Assembly: GCF_007748075.1 (NCBI RefSeq)
Contig: NZ_CP036280.1
Location: forward strand, 3,090,001 to 3,122,000
DNA from: Mucisphaera calidilacus
Lineage (GTDB): Bacteria > Planctomycetota > Phycisphaerae > Phycisphaerales > Phycisphaeraceae
DNA: 32,000 nt
Reading direction: 5' to 3'
Part shown: positions 1 to 9,515 of the stretch, in pieces
Numbering within the stretch: the stretch's first letter is position 1
How the letters are laid out: every line of letters starts with the position of its first letter
The notes under the pieces: model-generated
Told to the model about the DNA's origin: nothing
What the model saw: the letters and a program-made list of their open reading frames with translations, nothing else
Databases searched by the model: none
Program-made: the position numbers and the translations under genes

Positions 1-648
1 GACGCACCCTTCTTCGCACGAAGCCCCAGCGAGTTCTGGCGACGATGGCACATCTCACTCTCCACCTGGCTACGCGACTACCTCTACATCCCGCTCGGCG
101 GCAACCGCGCCTCGCGATGGCTCACCTTCCGTAACCTCTCGCTCACCATGATCCTCGGCGGGCTCTGGCACGGCGCCGCATGGAACTTCGTCATCTGGGG
201 CGCCTACCACGGCGCGATCCTCTGCCTCTTCCGCGTCCTGCACCGAAGCCGACCGGCACCAGAACCCACCGACCCGAACCCCCAGCCGCCACGAACGCTC
301 CGGCACAACCTGGGCGTCGCGATCGGCATCGCCGCCTTCTTCCAGATGACCTGCTACGGCTGGCTGCTCTTCCGCGCAGAGTCCTTCGAACAGATCGTGC
401 GCTTCACCACCCTCATCATCACACCCGACGGATGGACGGCCCTCAGCATCCCGCGACCGCCGCTCAGCGCCCTCGCAGGACTCGTCTTCCTCGTCGCCTG
501 GGAAGGGCTGACCTACCGCCACGGCAACGCCTCCTTCTACCGCGACTGGCACCCGCTCCTCCGGGGCGCGCTCATCGGACTGCTGCTGATCCTCCTCGCC
601 ATGGGAATGTCGAATGAATCCGCCACCTTCATCTACTTCCAGTTCTAA
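1..648 (+). CDS. MBOAT-family membrane-bound O-acyltransferase (AlgI/DltB-like), C-terminal portion; 5' end lies outside the window
   Basis: Frame 1 is open from base 1. The translation DAPFFARSPSEFWRRWHISLSTWLRDYLYIPLGGNR...LGGLWHGAAWNFVIWGAYHG is the classic MBOAT core with the invariant His (RRWH). Hydrophobic C-terminal helices follow. Stop TAA at 646-648. Confidence 0.85.
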   Translation, partial: DAPFFARSPSEFWRRWHISLSTWLRDYLYIPLGGNRASRWLTFRNLSLTMILGGLWHGAAWNFVIWGAYHGAILCLFRVLHRSRPAPEPTDPNPQPPRTLRHNLGVAIGIAAFFQMTCYGWLLFRAESFEQIVRFTTLIITPDGWTALSIPRPPLSALAGLVFLVAWEGLTYRHGNASFYRDWHPLLRGALIGLLLILLAMGMSNESATFIYFQF

Positions 649-1762
649 GCGAGCACGAGGCATCAGACCACGCGACGCGCTCTACTGCCTCGCGGGCGCC
701 GTCCTCGTCGTGCTCGCCTTCGACCTCACCGTCGCCTCGCTCTTCTCCATACCCGCCGACCAGCCACTGCCACACGGCCCCCTCCAACGCTTCTTCAGCT
801 ACGGCCAGAGCAGCGAGTCCAAACTCCAACGCACCGTCGGCGAACCGGGCACCGAACCCGCCAGCATCGTCCGCGCCGGCTGGATCCCCACCGAACTCTA
901 CGAGCCTCCCGACAACTGGGACACCGCCCCACAACGCGTCGCCGTCTACGGCATGTCGTTCACCAACCACATCGCCAAAGAACTCCAGCACAACCACCCC
1001 GAACTCGCCGTCATGACCCGAGCCGGACCCGGCGCACCCTTCAACCACAGCTACGCCATGATCCGCGCCGACCCCCACGCCGCCCAGGCCTCATGGGTCT
1101 GCGTCGGCATCCTCTCCTCGTCTCTGCCCTACCTCCAGTCGATGTCAGGCATGAGCTACGCCCTCGAAAGCCCCACACCCTTCGCCTACCCGCGCTTCCA
1201 GGCTGTCGACGGCACCCTCCAACGCATCGACCCGGTCATCGACAACCTCGACACCTTCGCCCGGGCGTTCCGCAGCCGCGACGCCCTTTACCTGCAGCAC
1301 ATCGACCGACTCCGCCAGGAAGACGCCTTCTTCAACACCCTCTTCTACCACGCCTCCTTCCTCGACCGCTCCGCCTTCCTCAGCCTCATGCGCCGCGCCT
1401 ACGGCAAACGATGGATCGCCTCACGCAAAGCAGCCATCTACAACCCCCGCGACGGCTACCAGACCGACCACCCCGCCCTCGCCGCCGTCCCCCTCATGAT
1501 CGACAACCTCCACGAACAAACCACCGCGAACCAACAGCAACTCCTGATCATCCTCCTCCACGCCCGAGGCGAACCCGGCCACCTCGACGCCTGGCTCTCC
1601 CCCCACCTCGAGCAACGAGGCATCCCCACCCTCTCCACAACCACGCTCTTCGACGCGACCGACACGCTCAACTTCATCGGCGACGGCCACTACCAGCCCG
1701 AACTCGACCGCACCCTCGCCGAGGCGCTCTACGCCCTGATCAGCAACCCCTCACCCGACTGA
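614..1762 (+). CDS. Membrane-anchored hypothetical protein; candidate extracytoplasmic partner of the MBOAT (an SGNH/AlgJ-like role is speculative)
   Basis: 382-aa ORF that overlaps the MBOAT 3' end by 35 nt on the same strand. The N-terminus KRARGIRPRDALYCLAGAVLVVLAFDL is a basic stretch plus one TM helix. C/A-ending codon usage matches other + genes. Motifs VAVYGMSFTNH and GDGHY loosely resemble SGNH block I and a DxH block. Confidence 0.65.
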   Translation: MNPPPSSTSSSKRARGIRPRDALYCLAGAVLVVLAFDLTVASLFSIPADQPLPHGPLQRFFSYGQSSESKLQRTVGEPGTEPASIVRAGWIPTELYEPPDNWDTAPQRVAVYGMSFTNHIAKELQHNHPELAVMTRAGPGAPFNHSYAMIRADPHAAQASWVCVGILSSSLPYLQSMSGMSYALESPTPFAYPRFQAVDGTLQRIDPVIDNLDTFARAFRSRDALYLQHIDRLRQEDAFFNTLFYHASFLDRSAFLSLMRRAYGKRWIASRKAAIYNPRDGYQTDHPALAAVPLMIDNLHEQTTANQQQLLIILLHARGEPGHLDAWLSPHLEQRGIPTLSTTTLFDATDTLNFIGDGHYQPELDRTLAEALYALISNPSPD

Positions 1763-2836
1763 ACCGCCCCACTGAATCACCAGGTACGCGAAATACATCA
1801 GCACCAGCGGCGCTCCCATCCAACGCGAAAAACGCCCACGCCGGACCGCCATCGCGATGAACACCCTGAACAACACCAGCATCGCGATCAGCGTCGGCAG
1901 GTGAAGCTCCAAAAACACGTTCGGCCACGACGCCCCCGGCTCGGTCAAAGGCAGCGGAGCCGCCAACGCCGCAAAACCAATCACAAACAACACATTCAGC
2001 ACGTCCGCCCCGATCACGTTGCCCACCAGCAACTCCGGGTGACCCTTGCGGATCGACATCAGACCCACCACCAGCTCAGGCGTCGACGTCCCCATCGCCA
2101 CCAGCGTCCCCGCGATCACCACCTCCGGAACGCCCCAACGCATCGCCAGCTCGCTCGCCGACTGCACCATCACCTCGCCGCCCAGCACCACCATCGCCAG
2201 GCCCAGCAGCCCGAAAAACAACAACCACCACGCCGAATGACGGTGCACCTCGTGCCCGTGATGCTCGTCCGTCACCTGCGTGATGGCATGCAGCTCCGCC
2301 TGCTGACGCGCCCACACCACCGAACGACCCAGGTACGCCACCAGCAGAACCACAAACAAAACGCCCAGCGGACGCCCGAACGTCGCCGAGTCACCCTGCG
2401 CGTACCACAACGCGTAACACGCAACCGCCAGCAACGCACCCGAACCAAACTGCACCCAACCCTGACGCGAGAGCAGAAACCGATCCGCCGGCAACGCCGT
2501 CATCAGACAGCCAATCCCGAAGATCAAACCCGTGTCCGCGATGATCGAACCCACACCATTGCCCAACGCCAGACCCGCATTGCCCGACCACGCCGCCAGA
2601 ACCGAAACCGCCATCTCCGGGCTCGTCGTGCCCAGCGACACGATCGTCGCGCCCACAATGATCCTCGGCAGACCCAGCTGATACGCCGTCGCCGCCGCCG
2701 CCTCCACCAGCCAGTCCGCTCCGTAAACCAGCACCACCAACGCCACCACGATGAACAACAGCAGCAACCACTGCGGCTGATTCAAAAACCAGGCGTGTGG
2801 CAGCAACGAGGCAACAGTCACAGGGACGCAGGTCAT
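1751..2836 (-). CDS. Ca2+/cation antiporter (CaCA family, YrbG-like sodium/calcium exchanger)
   Basis: 361-aa polytopic membrane protein. It has the two CaCA alpha-repeat signatures GTTSPEMAVSV and GTSTPELVVGL, separated by a charged loop. Confidence 0.85.
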   Translation of the reverse strand: MTCVPVTVASLLPHAWFLNQPQWLLLLFIVVALVVLVYGADWLVEAAAATAYQLGLPRIIVGATIVSLGTTSPEMAVSVLAAWSGNAGLALGNGVGSIIADTGLIFGIGCLMTALPADRFLLSRQGWVQFGSGALLAVACYALWYAQGDSATFGRPLGVLFVVLLVAYLGRSVVWARQQAELHAITQVTDEHHGHEVHRHSAWWLLFFGLLGLAMVVLGGEVMVQSASELAMRWGVPEVVIAGTLVAMGTSTPELVVGLMSIRKGHPELLVGNVIGADVLNVLFVIGFAALAAPLPLTEPGASWPNVFLELHLPTLIAMLVLFRVFIAMAVRRGRFSRWMGAPLVLMYFAYLVIQWGGSVG

Positions 2837-2885
2837 AGGCGGGCGATGTTAGCAGAGATACCCCACGACCCGCCGCCGAACCACA

Positions 2886-3527
2886 CTACTCAAGCGTCGC
2901 CAGGTAATTCGTCAACGCATCGATCGAACCCGTCGTCAAACCATCGAAAGACGCAACAATCACCCCCTCACGATTCACCACCAGAAACCGCGACGAGTGC
3001 GTGATCGGCATCAACGTGTTCCCCGGGTCCTCGTCCAACGCAAGCTGGAAACCCTCCTCCACCAGCGGCCAGATCGTCGCGCGATCACCCGTCAGAAACG
3101 TCCACCGCTCCGGGTCCGCGTTGTAACGCCCCGCAAACGCCGTGATCACCTCAGGCGTGTCGTTCTCCGGATCCACCGAAATACTCACCAGCCTGATCTC
3201 TCCCATCCCCGCCGCGTCCAGCTGCCGCTGAAGACGACTCATGTTGAGCGTCATGATCGGGCACACCAGCTGACAACGCGTGAAAAAGAAATCCACCACC
3301 CAGATCTCACCCGCGAGCTCCTCCGACGAGAACGGCTCGCCGCTCGCGTCGGTCAGCGTAAACACCGGCGCAGGATGGTCGATCGCCGTCCCGTACGCCG
3401 GATCAATCGCCGGCCGCTCCTCCGCCCGGAACCGCGCCGCCGTCGTCAACGCGATCATGCTCCCCGCAATCGTCAGCATCACGAATCCCGCCGCCAGAAA
3501 CAGCCGCTGCGTCGTCCGCGCATTCAT
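2886..3527 (-). CDS. SCO1/SenC-family thioredoxin-fold copper chaperone
   Basis: N-terminal TM anchor, the CxxxC motif in VVDFFFTRCQLVCP, and a distal conserved His (ITHSSRFLVVN). The ATG at 3527 overlaps the upstream permease stop (ATGA). Confidence 0.8.
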   Translation of the reverse strand: MNARTTQRLFLAAGFVMLTIAGSMIALTTAARFRAEERPAIDPAYGTAIDHPAPVFTLTDASGEPFSSEELAGEIWVVDFFFTRCQLVCPIMTLNMSRLQRQLDAAGMGEIRLVSISVDPENDTPEVITAFAGRYNADPERWTFLTGDRATIWPLVEEGFQLALDEDPGNTLMPITHSSRFLVVNREGVIVASFDGLTTGSIDALTNYLATLE

Positions 3528-4417
3528 GAAACAGGCCTCACCGCACGTGTCGCAAAAACAACCGCCGCCACCGCCGCGACCAGCAGCAACGGCAACGCCA
3601 AAAACAGAGGCGCCGCAGCCGCGGGCGGCGAACCCTCAAACATCGCCCACGTCAGCACCGCGTGCCCGTACGTCATCGGATTCAGATAACCCAGAACACG
3701 CAGCCAGATCGGCGCCAGCTCGAGCGGGAACACCGCACCCGACAAAAACCACATCGGCATCAGAATCAGATTCATCAACGCGTGGAAACCCGCCGTCGAC
3801 TTCATCGGCCACGCCAACATCAGACCCAGACCCGCCAACCCCGCCGAGCACAGAGCAATCACCCCCAACGCCGCCAGCCACCACACCACGCTGATCCCAC
3901 CGCCCACAAACGGCCACGCCAACAGGAACAGCCCGCCCTGGAGCGTCGCGATCCCCGCCGCACCGATCATCTTCCCCACCGCCACCGCCGAGCCCGGGGC
4001 CGGCGAAACCAGAACCCCCTGCAAAAACCCCTCACGACGGTCCTCGATCACCGTGATCGTCGAGAAAACCGCCGTGAACAACACGATCATCAGCACCGTG
4101 CCCGGGAAAAAATAGGCCAGATAACCCACCGTCGCCTCGTCCGCCGTGTTCAACGCCACCGCTCGGTTCAAACCCGACCCTAGCAGCAGCCAGAACAGCA
4201 CCGGAGTCGCCAACGCACCAATGATCCGTGTTCGCTGGCGGCTGAAACGCACAAACTCACGCAACGCGATCCCGAAACAGGCCCTCGGCCACAACAACGC
4301 AGGCGAAGCCTCGCGCGGGGGAGAAGAATCACGGCTGATCGTGCTGGACAGGTCGGCTGACGTCATGGGACTTATCCTAGCCGGACAGCTTTGGCTGAGC
4401 GCCGTCGGCAGATCCAA
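3524..4417 (-). CDS. ABC-2 type transporter permease (no cognate ATPase gene adjacent)
   Basis: Six-TM pattern and an ABC-2-like N-terminus [31 protein letters not shown]. The ORF-track start at 4417 is TTG. An ATG at 4366 preceded by AGGA is a more likely start. Confidence 0.7.
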   Translation of the reverse strand: MDLPTALSQSCPARISPMTSADLSSTISRDSSPPREASPALLWPRACFGIALREFVRFSRQRTRIIGALATPVLFWLLLGSGLNRAVALNTADEATVGYLAYFFPGTVLMIVLFTAVFSTITVIEDRREGFLQGVLVSPAPGSAVAVGKMIGAAGIATLQGGLFLLAWPFVGGGISVVWWLAALGVIALCSAGLAGLGLMLAWPMKSTAGFHALMNLILMPMWFLSGAVFPLELAPIWLRVLGYLNPMTYGHAVLTWAMFEGSPPAAAAPLFLALPLLLVAAVAAVVFATRAVRPVS

Positions 4418-4464
4418 CCGATCGCTACAATTCGCCTTTAACCCGCCACGAAGGATGTGCCCAC

Positions 4465-5100
4465 ATGAGTCTGATCCCGATGGTCATCGAGAAAACCGGT
4501 CGCGGCGAACGCGCCTACGACATCTACTCCCGACTCCTCAAAGACCGGATCGTCTTCTTACCCGGTCCCGTCACCGACGAATCGGCCAACCTGATCATCG
4601 CTCAGCTGCTCTTCCTCTCCAACGAAGACGCCAAGTCCGACATCCACTTCTACATCAACTCCCCAGGCGGATCCGTCTCCGCCGGCCTCGGCATCTACGA
4701 CACCATGCAGTTCATCCGGCCGCAGGTCGCCACCTACTGCATCGGCGTCGCCGCCTCCATGGGCGCCGTCCTCATGATGGCCGGCACCGAAGGCAAACGA
4801 CACATGCTCCCCAACGGACGCGTCCTGCTCCACCAGCCGCTCATGGGGGGCGTCATGCAGGGACAGGCCACCGACCTCTCCATCCAGGCCAAGGAAATGC
4901 TCAAGACCCGCGAACGCCTCTACCAGATCATGAGCAACCACACCGGCAAAGACTACGACACCATCGCCAAAGACTGCGAACGCGACTACTGGCTCGACGC
5001 CGAAGAAGCCGTGACCTATGGCGTCGCCGACGCCATCCTCAAACACCTGCCGGAAAACGTCGCCGGCGATGACAAATCCAAAAACGACGCCGACGACTGA
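4465..5100 (+). CDS. clpP: ATP-dependent Clp protease proteolytic subunit
   Basis: Full-length ClpP: [24 protein letters not shown], catalytic Ser in GVAASMGA, His in LLHQPLMGG, Asp in [21 protein letters not shown] start with AAGGA 9 nt upstream. Confidence 0.95.
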   Translation: MSLIPMVIEKTGRGERAYDIYSRLLKDRIVFLPGPVTDESANLIIAQLLFLSNEDAKSDIHFYINSPGGSVSAGLGIYDTMQFIRPQVATYCIGVAASMGAVLMMAGTEGKRHMLPNGRVLLHQPLMGGVMQGQATDLSIQAKEMLKTRERLYQIMSNHTGKDYDTIAKDCERDYWLDAEEAVTYGVADAILKHLPENVAGDDKSKNDADD

Positions 5101-5120
5101 ACCTGAAAGGGGTTAGCCAC

Positions 5121-5717
5121 ATGCGGGGACCGCTGCGTGATCGTCTCGGACTGATCCTCCTCGCCGCCGCGCTGGCCGTCACCGGCTGCAGCGCCAGCAG
5201 GGAAAACTCCAAGCTCCGACGCGAACGCGCCGAACGCCAGGACACCATCGCAAAACTCACCGCCGACCTCGAAGCACGCGAGGCCGAGATCGACGCGCTC
5301 CGACAACAACTCGGCCGCGCCTCCAAGGTCGAAGGCATCGACCTCCCCATCCTCACCAGCCTCCGCCTCGGCCGACTCTCCGGACTCGTCGATACCGATG
5401 GCGACGGCACCCGCGACCTGCTCCGCCTCTACGTCACACCCCGGGACGACCGCGGCCGCTTCCGCGCCTTCAGCGGAACCGCCCGACTCACCGCCGTCGA
5501 CATGACCGCTCAGGACGCGCCCCGCGTCATCATCGAAACCGACTTCGACGGCCCCGCCGTCGACAACGCCTACCGCAGCGGATTCGCCGGCACCCACTAC
5601 ACCTTCGAAACGCCCATCGACACCACCGACCTCCAACAACTCACCGTCTCCCTCGTCGTCACCGACGCCGAGTCAGGCATCCAACTCAACCTGACCGAAA
5701 CCTACCCCGTCCGCTGA
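5121..5717 (+). CDS. Lipoprotein of unknown function (coiled-coil N-terminus, beta-rich C-terminus)
   Basis: Signal peptide with lipobox LAVTG|C. Lies 20 nt downstream of clpP. Codon usage matches other + genes. Confidence 0.7.
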   Translation: MRGPLRDRLGLILLAAALAVTGCSASRENSKLRRERAERQDTIAKLTADLEAREAEIDALRQQLGRASKVEGIDLPILTSLRLGRLSGLVDTDGDGTRDLLRLYVTPRDDRGRFRAFSGTARLTAVDMTAQDAPRVIIETDFDGPAVDNAYRSGFAGTHYTFETPIDTTDLQQLTVSLVVTDAESGIQLNLTETYPVR

Positions 5718-7300
5718 GACGCCAGCAACCGCATCAGCCCCAGCGGCCAGCTCGCCAACGCGTACACCGCCATCCCCACGCCAACCGCGCCCGCCACACG
5801 CACCAGCGCCGACGCCTCGGCCAGCCGCTGATCCAGCAGCCACACCACCACGCCCATCACAACACTCGCCACCACCACCCGCGTCGCCGTACCCGCCATC
5901 CCCAGACCGCCCCGCCGCCGAAGCACCAGCGCAAGCCCCAACGCCTGAACCACCGCCGCCGCCGCCGTCGACCACGCCAATCCCACCGCGCCCAGCGGCC
6001 AGATCAGCGTCAGATTCAGCACCAGGTTCAAAGGCACCGTCGCCGCCATCACACGGAGCGGCCACGTCGGACGGTCCAACGCATAACACGCCCGCGTCAA
6101 CACGTGCGTCAGCGAATAAGCCCACACCGCACTGCCGTACGCCAGCAGCAGCAACGCCACCCGCGCCGTCGCCGCACCATCAAACGCACCTCGCTCGTAG
6201 ATCAACGCCACCAGCGGCTCCGCCACCAGCGCCAGCCCCACACTCGCCGGCAGCGTCAGCCACAGACTCAAACCCAGACCCCGACGCAGCACGCCGCCAA
6301 ACGCCCGCGGATCCGACGCCGCCCGCGCCAACGCCGGGAACGCCGCCGTCGCCACCGCGATCCCGAACACACCCAGCGGGAACTGATACAGCCGCTGCGA
6401 CCACTGCAACGCCGCCACCGACCCCGTCTCGATCGGGTAAGCCACGCCACCAGGCAGCCACCCCACCGTCGTCACGCCCGCGTCAGGCGGCGAGAGCACG
6501 AACGCGATCACGTGATCCAACAACGCATTGACCTGAAACACCGCCAACCCCCCCGCCATCGGCAGCATCCGCCACGCCATCGAACCCACCTCCGGACCCG
6601 ACGCCGCCGACGGCCGCGCCACCAGCCCCCGACGCGATGACGCCACCACCATCCACAACAACTGCAACACACCCGCAACCAGCACGCTCAACGCCAACGC
6701 AAACGCAACACCTGAAGCACCGAACGACAACGCCCCCGCCAGCAACGCCGCCGAGATCATCGCCGCGTTCAACAGAATCGGTGCCGCCGCCGCCGGCGCA
6801 AACACACCACGCGCCTGCAACAACCCGCCCAGCATCGCCACCAGACACACCAGCGGCATGTAAGGCAGCATCCACGCCGCCAGACGCAACGCCTCCGAAG
6901 CCCGCGACGACGCCGCCACCCACGAACCCGCAATCAGCAACGCCACGACCCCCACCGCCGCGATCACCGCCGTCACGCCCGCCGTCCACGCCAGCACCGA
7001 ACCCGCAAAACCCGCCGCCCGCCGCGCATCCAGACCGTACAGCCGCGTGTACGCCGGGATGAACGCCGAGGTCAACGCACCCTCACCAAACAGCCTGCGA
7101 AACAGATTCGGCACCAGGAACGCCAGAAAAAAGATGTCCGCCCAGACCGACAGCCCCAGCGTCGCAGCCAGCACCGCGTCTCGCACCAGACCCGTAAAAC
7201 GCGACACCAGCGTCAGACCACTCACCACCACCGTCGCGCGACCGACACCCCCGCCGTCGTCGGCCCTGCACTCACTCGCCTTGTCGTCTGGTTCCGTCAT
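5702..7300 (-). CDS. murJ: MurJ/MviN-family (MOP superfamily) lipid-linked glycan flippase
   Basis: Signature LVSRFTGLVRDAVLAATLGLSVWADIFFLAFLVPNLFRRLFGEGALTSAFIPAY and about 14 TM segments. The ORF-track start at 7375 is GTG. The ATG at 7300 lies 2 nt after the VanZ-like stop (TGAACATG), so I take it as the start. Confidence 0.85.
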   Translation of the reverse strand: MTEPDDKASECRADDGGGVGRATVVVSGLTLVSRFTGLVRDAVLAATLGLSVWADIFFLAFLVPNLFRRLFGEGALTSAFIPAYTRLYGLDARRAAGFAGSVLAWTAGVTAVIAAVGVVALLIAGSWVAASSRASEALRLAAWMLPYMPLVCLVAMLGGLLQARGVFAPAAAAPILLNAAMISAALLAGALSFGASGVAFALALSVLVAGVLQLLWMVVASSRRGLVARPSAASGPEVGSMAWRMLPMAGGLAVFQVNALLDHVIAFVLSPPDAGVTTVGWLPGGVAYPIETGSVAALQWSQRLYQFPLGVFGIAVATAAFPALARAASDPRAFGGVLRRGLGLSLWLTLPASVGLALVAEPLVALIYERGAFDGAATARVALLLLAYGSAVWAYSLTHVLTRACYALDRPTWPLRVMAATVPLNLVLNLTLIWPLGAVGLAWSTAAAAVVQALGLALVLRRRGGLGMAGTATRVVVASVVMGVVVWLLDQRLAEASALVRVAGAVGVGMAVYALASWPLGLMRLLASQRTG

Positions 7301-7302
7301 GT

Positions 7303-8160
7303 TCAGCGATCGTGCGTCCGGGTCCCGATGCCAACACGACGCAGCAACGGCTGCGCCGCCGCCAGAAGCGCCCACGCCATCAACGCCGCCAGCAGACCCA
7401 GCTCATGCCAGTAAACATCGGCCGCCTCGAAGCCACGACCTGAACCTCGCTGCGCCCACTCGATCAGCGGTGCCGACGCCGCCATCACCACCACCGTCAG
7501 CAGAAAACTCAGCCGCGGACGCGTGATCCCCGCCGGCATCGCCGTCGCCAGCAGAACCGTCCACGCCGCGCCCACATACAGGTGCCCCGGCTTGTCCGCC
7601 CCGTACCGACTCAGACCCACCGCCTCCGCCAGCCGGATCAGGTAGGGATTCGCCGCCGGAAGCAGAAACAGCAAGATCAGCCCCGGCGTAATCACCAGGT
7701 TCAGCACACGACTCACCCACGCCAGCACGTCCCGACGCGGGATCTGATGCCTCGGCCGACTGATCAGAAACGCCGTCAGAACGCCGATCGTGTTCGCCAC
7801 CGCGTCCTCCACCCCCGTGTACCGATTCACGAACTGCTGCGTGTACTCATCCACCAACGCGAACACCACCACCGCCAGCGTCGTCACCAGACGGCTGCCG
7901 TGACTCCCCAGCAACCGCACACCAAACCCGCAGTGCAACGCCAGCCAACCCAGAAAACCGAACGCGAACACGTGAACCAGCTTGTCCGTCTGAAACACAG
8001 GCGTCGCCGACGGCAACGCCAGACCCGGCCAGTGCGTCGCCAGCACCAGCACTGGCGCATACACCACCAGCAACGGCCGCGCCGCACGATCCGCAAAACG
8101 CTCGAAAGGCGTACGGCCGCGTCGCAGCCGCTCAACCCCGTCTCGCCCCGGCCCCGTCAA
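7303..8160 (-). CDS. VanZ-like family integral membrane protein (apparently two VanZ-like halves)
   Basis: DKLVHVFAFGFLGW...ALVDEYTQQFVNRYTGVEDAVANTIGV is VanZ-like. A second similar half contains PLIEWAQRGSGRGFEAADVYWHELG. The TTG start at 8160 overlaps the upstream GT4 stop (TTGA). Confidence 0.65.
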   Translation of the reverse strand: MTGPGRDGVERLRRGRTPFERFADRAARPLLVVYAPVLVLATHWPGLALPSATPVFQTDKLVHVFAFGFLGWLALHCGFGVRLLGSHGSRLVTTLAVVVFALVDEYTQQFVNRYTGVEDAVANTIGVLTAFLISRPRHQIPRRDVLAWVSRVLNLVITPGLILLFLLPAANPYLIRLAEAVGLSRYGADKPGHLYVGAAWTVLLATAMPAGITRPRLSFLLTVVVMAASAPLIEWAQRGSGRGFEAADVYWHELGLLAALMAWALLAAAQPLLRRVGIGTRTHDR

Positions 8161-9386
8161 ACCGCGTCGTCCGTGTAACGCGACGTCTGCACGACCTCAA
8201 CCAGCAGTCGCTCCCACGCCGCGCAGCGGTGCTCCACCGCGTGCCGCGAACGCGTCGCCGCCAACGCCCGATCACCCATCGCCCTGCAACCCTCACGATC
8301 ACCCGCCAGCGACTCAATCCCCGACACCAGACCGTCTACATCACCCACGTCGATCCGCAAACCCGCACCCGACTCCGCCAACTCCAACGCCACCTCCGCG
8401 TCCTCGGGACCCACGAAAAGCGACGGACGACCCGCCGCCATGATCCCGTACAGCTTCGAAGGCACCACCACACCCGTGAACGAGGGCAACTGGCTGATCA
8501 GGTGCACGTCCGCCATCGACAACAGATCCTCCAGACGCTCACGCGGCTGATAGCCGTAAATCTGCGCGTTCGGCAACGCCTCCACACGCTCCCGGATCTC
8601 CGCCATCCGCTTGCCCGAACCGACAAACACAAACCGGATGTCCTCGCGATCCCGCAGCCGCTCCGCCGCCGCGATCAGCGTCTCCGCGTCGTGCGCCAGC
8701 CCCAGATTGCCCGAGTACATCACCACGAACCGGCCATCCAGACCCCACGCCCCGCGGTACGAACTCGCCGCCGGATCGCGACGGGCAGGCTCGTTCGCCG
8801 CCCACACACCAATGACCTCCACGTTCTCCGCCGACACCCCCTTCGACACGATCAGACGCTTCATGCAACGACCCAACGCCACCGTCCGGTCGCACGCACG
8901 CATCAGCCACCGATTGAGCCACTCGAACCCCAGCGTCAGCCACCCGTCTGGCTTCATCACACCCAACGCCACCGGCACGTCCGGGTACAGGTCCATACCC
9001 CAGTAAACCCAACGCGATCCCCGCAGCAGCCGCAGCGTCGCGCCCACCAACCCGATGAACGGAGGCGTCGTCAGCGTCACCACCACGTCCGCACGAGGCA
9101 GCGTCAGAACCTTCAACGCCGCCAGGTCGTAGAACAACAAAAAGTCCGCCAGACGCGCCGCGATCCCCTTCTTCCCGAAAACCGACATCCCCACACGGTG
9201 CACGTCGATCCCGTCCACACGCTCCCGCGCCGGCAGACTCGCGCCCGTCTCCCCGTAGATCGACCGCGACGCCACCACGTCCACCTCGTGACCACGCTCA
9301 ACCAGATAACGCCCCAGATCGTGAGCGTGCTGCGCGGTCGCGGCCACGTCGGGATAAAACGGCTGGTTGAGGATCAGAACACGCAT
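8157..9386 (-). CDS. Glycosyltransferase family 4 (WcaI-like)
   Basis: MRVLILNQPFYPDVAATAQHAHDLGRYLVERGHEVDVV is a WcaI-type N-terminus. The C-terminal GT-B region is VVPSKLYGIMAAGRPSLFVG. ATG at 9386 preferred over the upstream GTG at 9431. Confidence 0.85.
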   Translation of the reverse strand: MRVLILNQPFYPDVAATAQHAHDLGRYLVERGHEVDVVASRSIYGETGASLPARERVDGIDVHRVGMSVFGKKGIAARLADFLLFYDLAALKVLTLPRADVVVTLTTPPFIGLVGATLRLLRGSRWVYWGMDLYPDVPVALGVMKPDGWLTLGFEWLNRWLMRACDRTVALGRCMKRLIVSKGVSAENVEVIGVWAANEPARRDPAASSYRGAWGLDGRFVVMYSGNLGLAHDAETLIAAAERLRDREDIRFVFVGSGKRMAEIRERVEALPNAQIYGYQPRERLEDLLSMADVHLISQLPSFTGVVVPSKLYGIMAAGRPSLFVGPEDAEVALELAESGAGLRIDVGDVDGLVSGIESLAGDREGCRAMGDRALAATRSRHAVEHRCAAWERLLVEVVQTSRYTDDAV

Positions 9387-9515
9387 CAGAGGGTCCGCAG
9401 CAGGCAGGGGAGCGACAGGGTACCCGAGCACCCCGAGTGAATCATCGGTCAGCTCACCGTTATCGGATCATGAGTGATCCCTATAAGGCCCTCCGCAACA
9501 CCCGTCTGCGTTACC

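Noticed and set aside
4465-5717. clpP followed by a lipoprotein gene instead of clpX
   Set aside because: clpX is unlinked from clpP in many bacteria, so this is not informative on its own.
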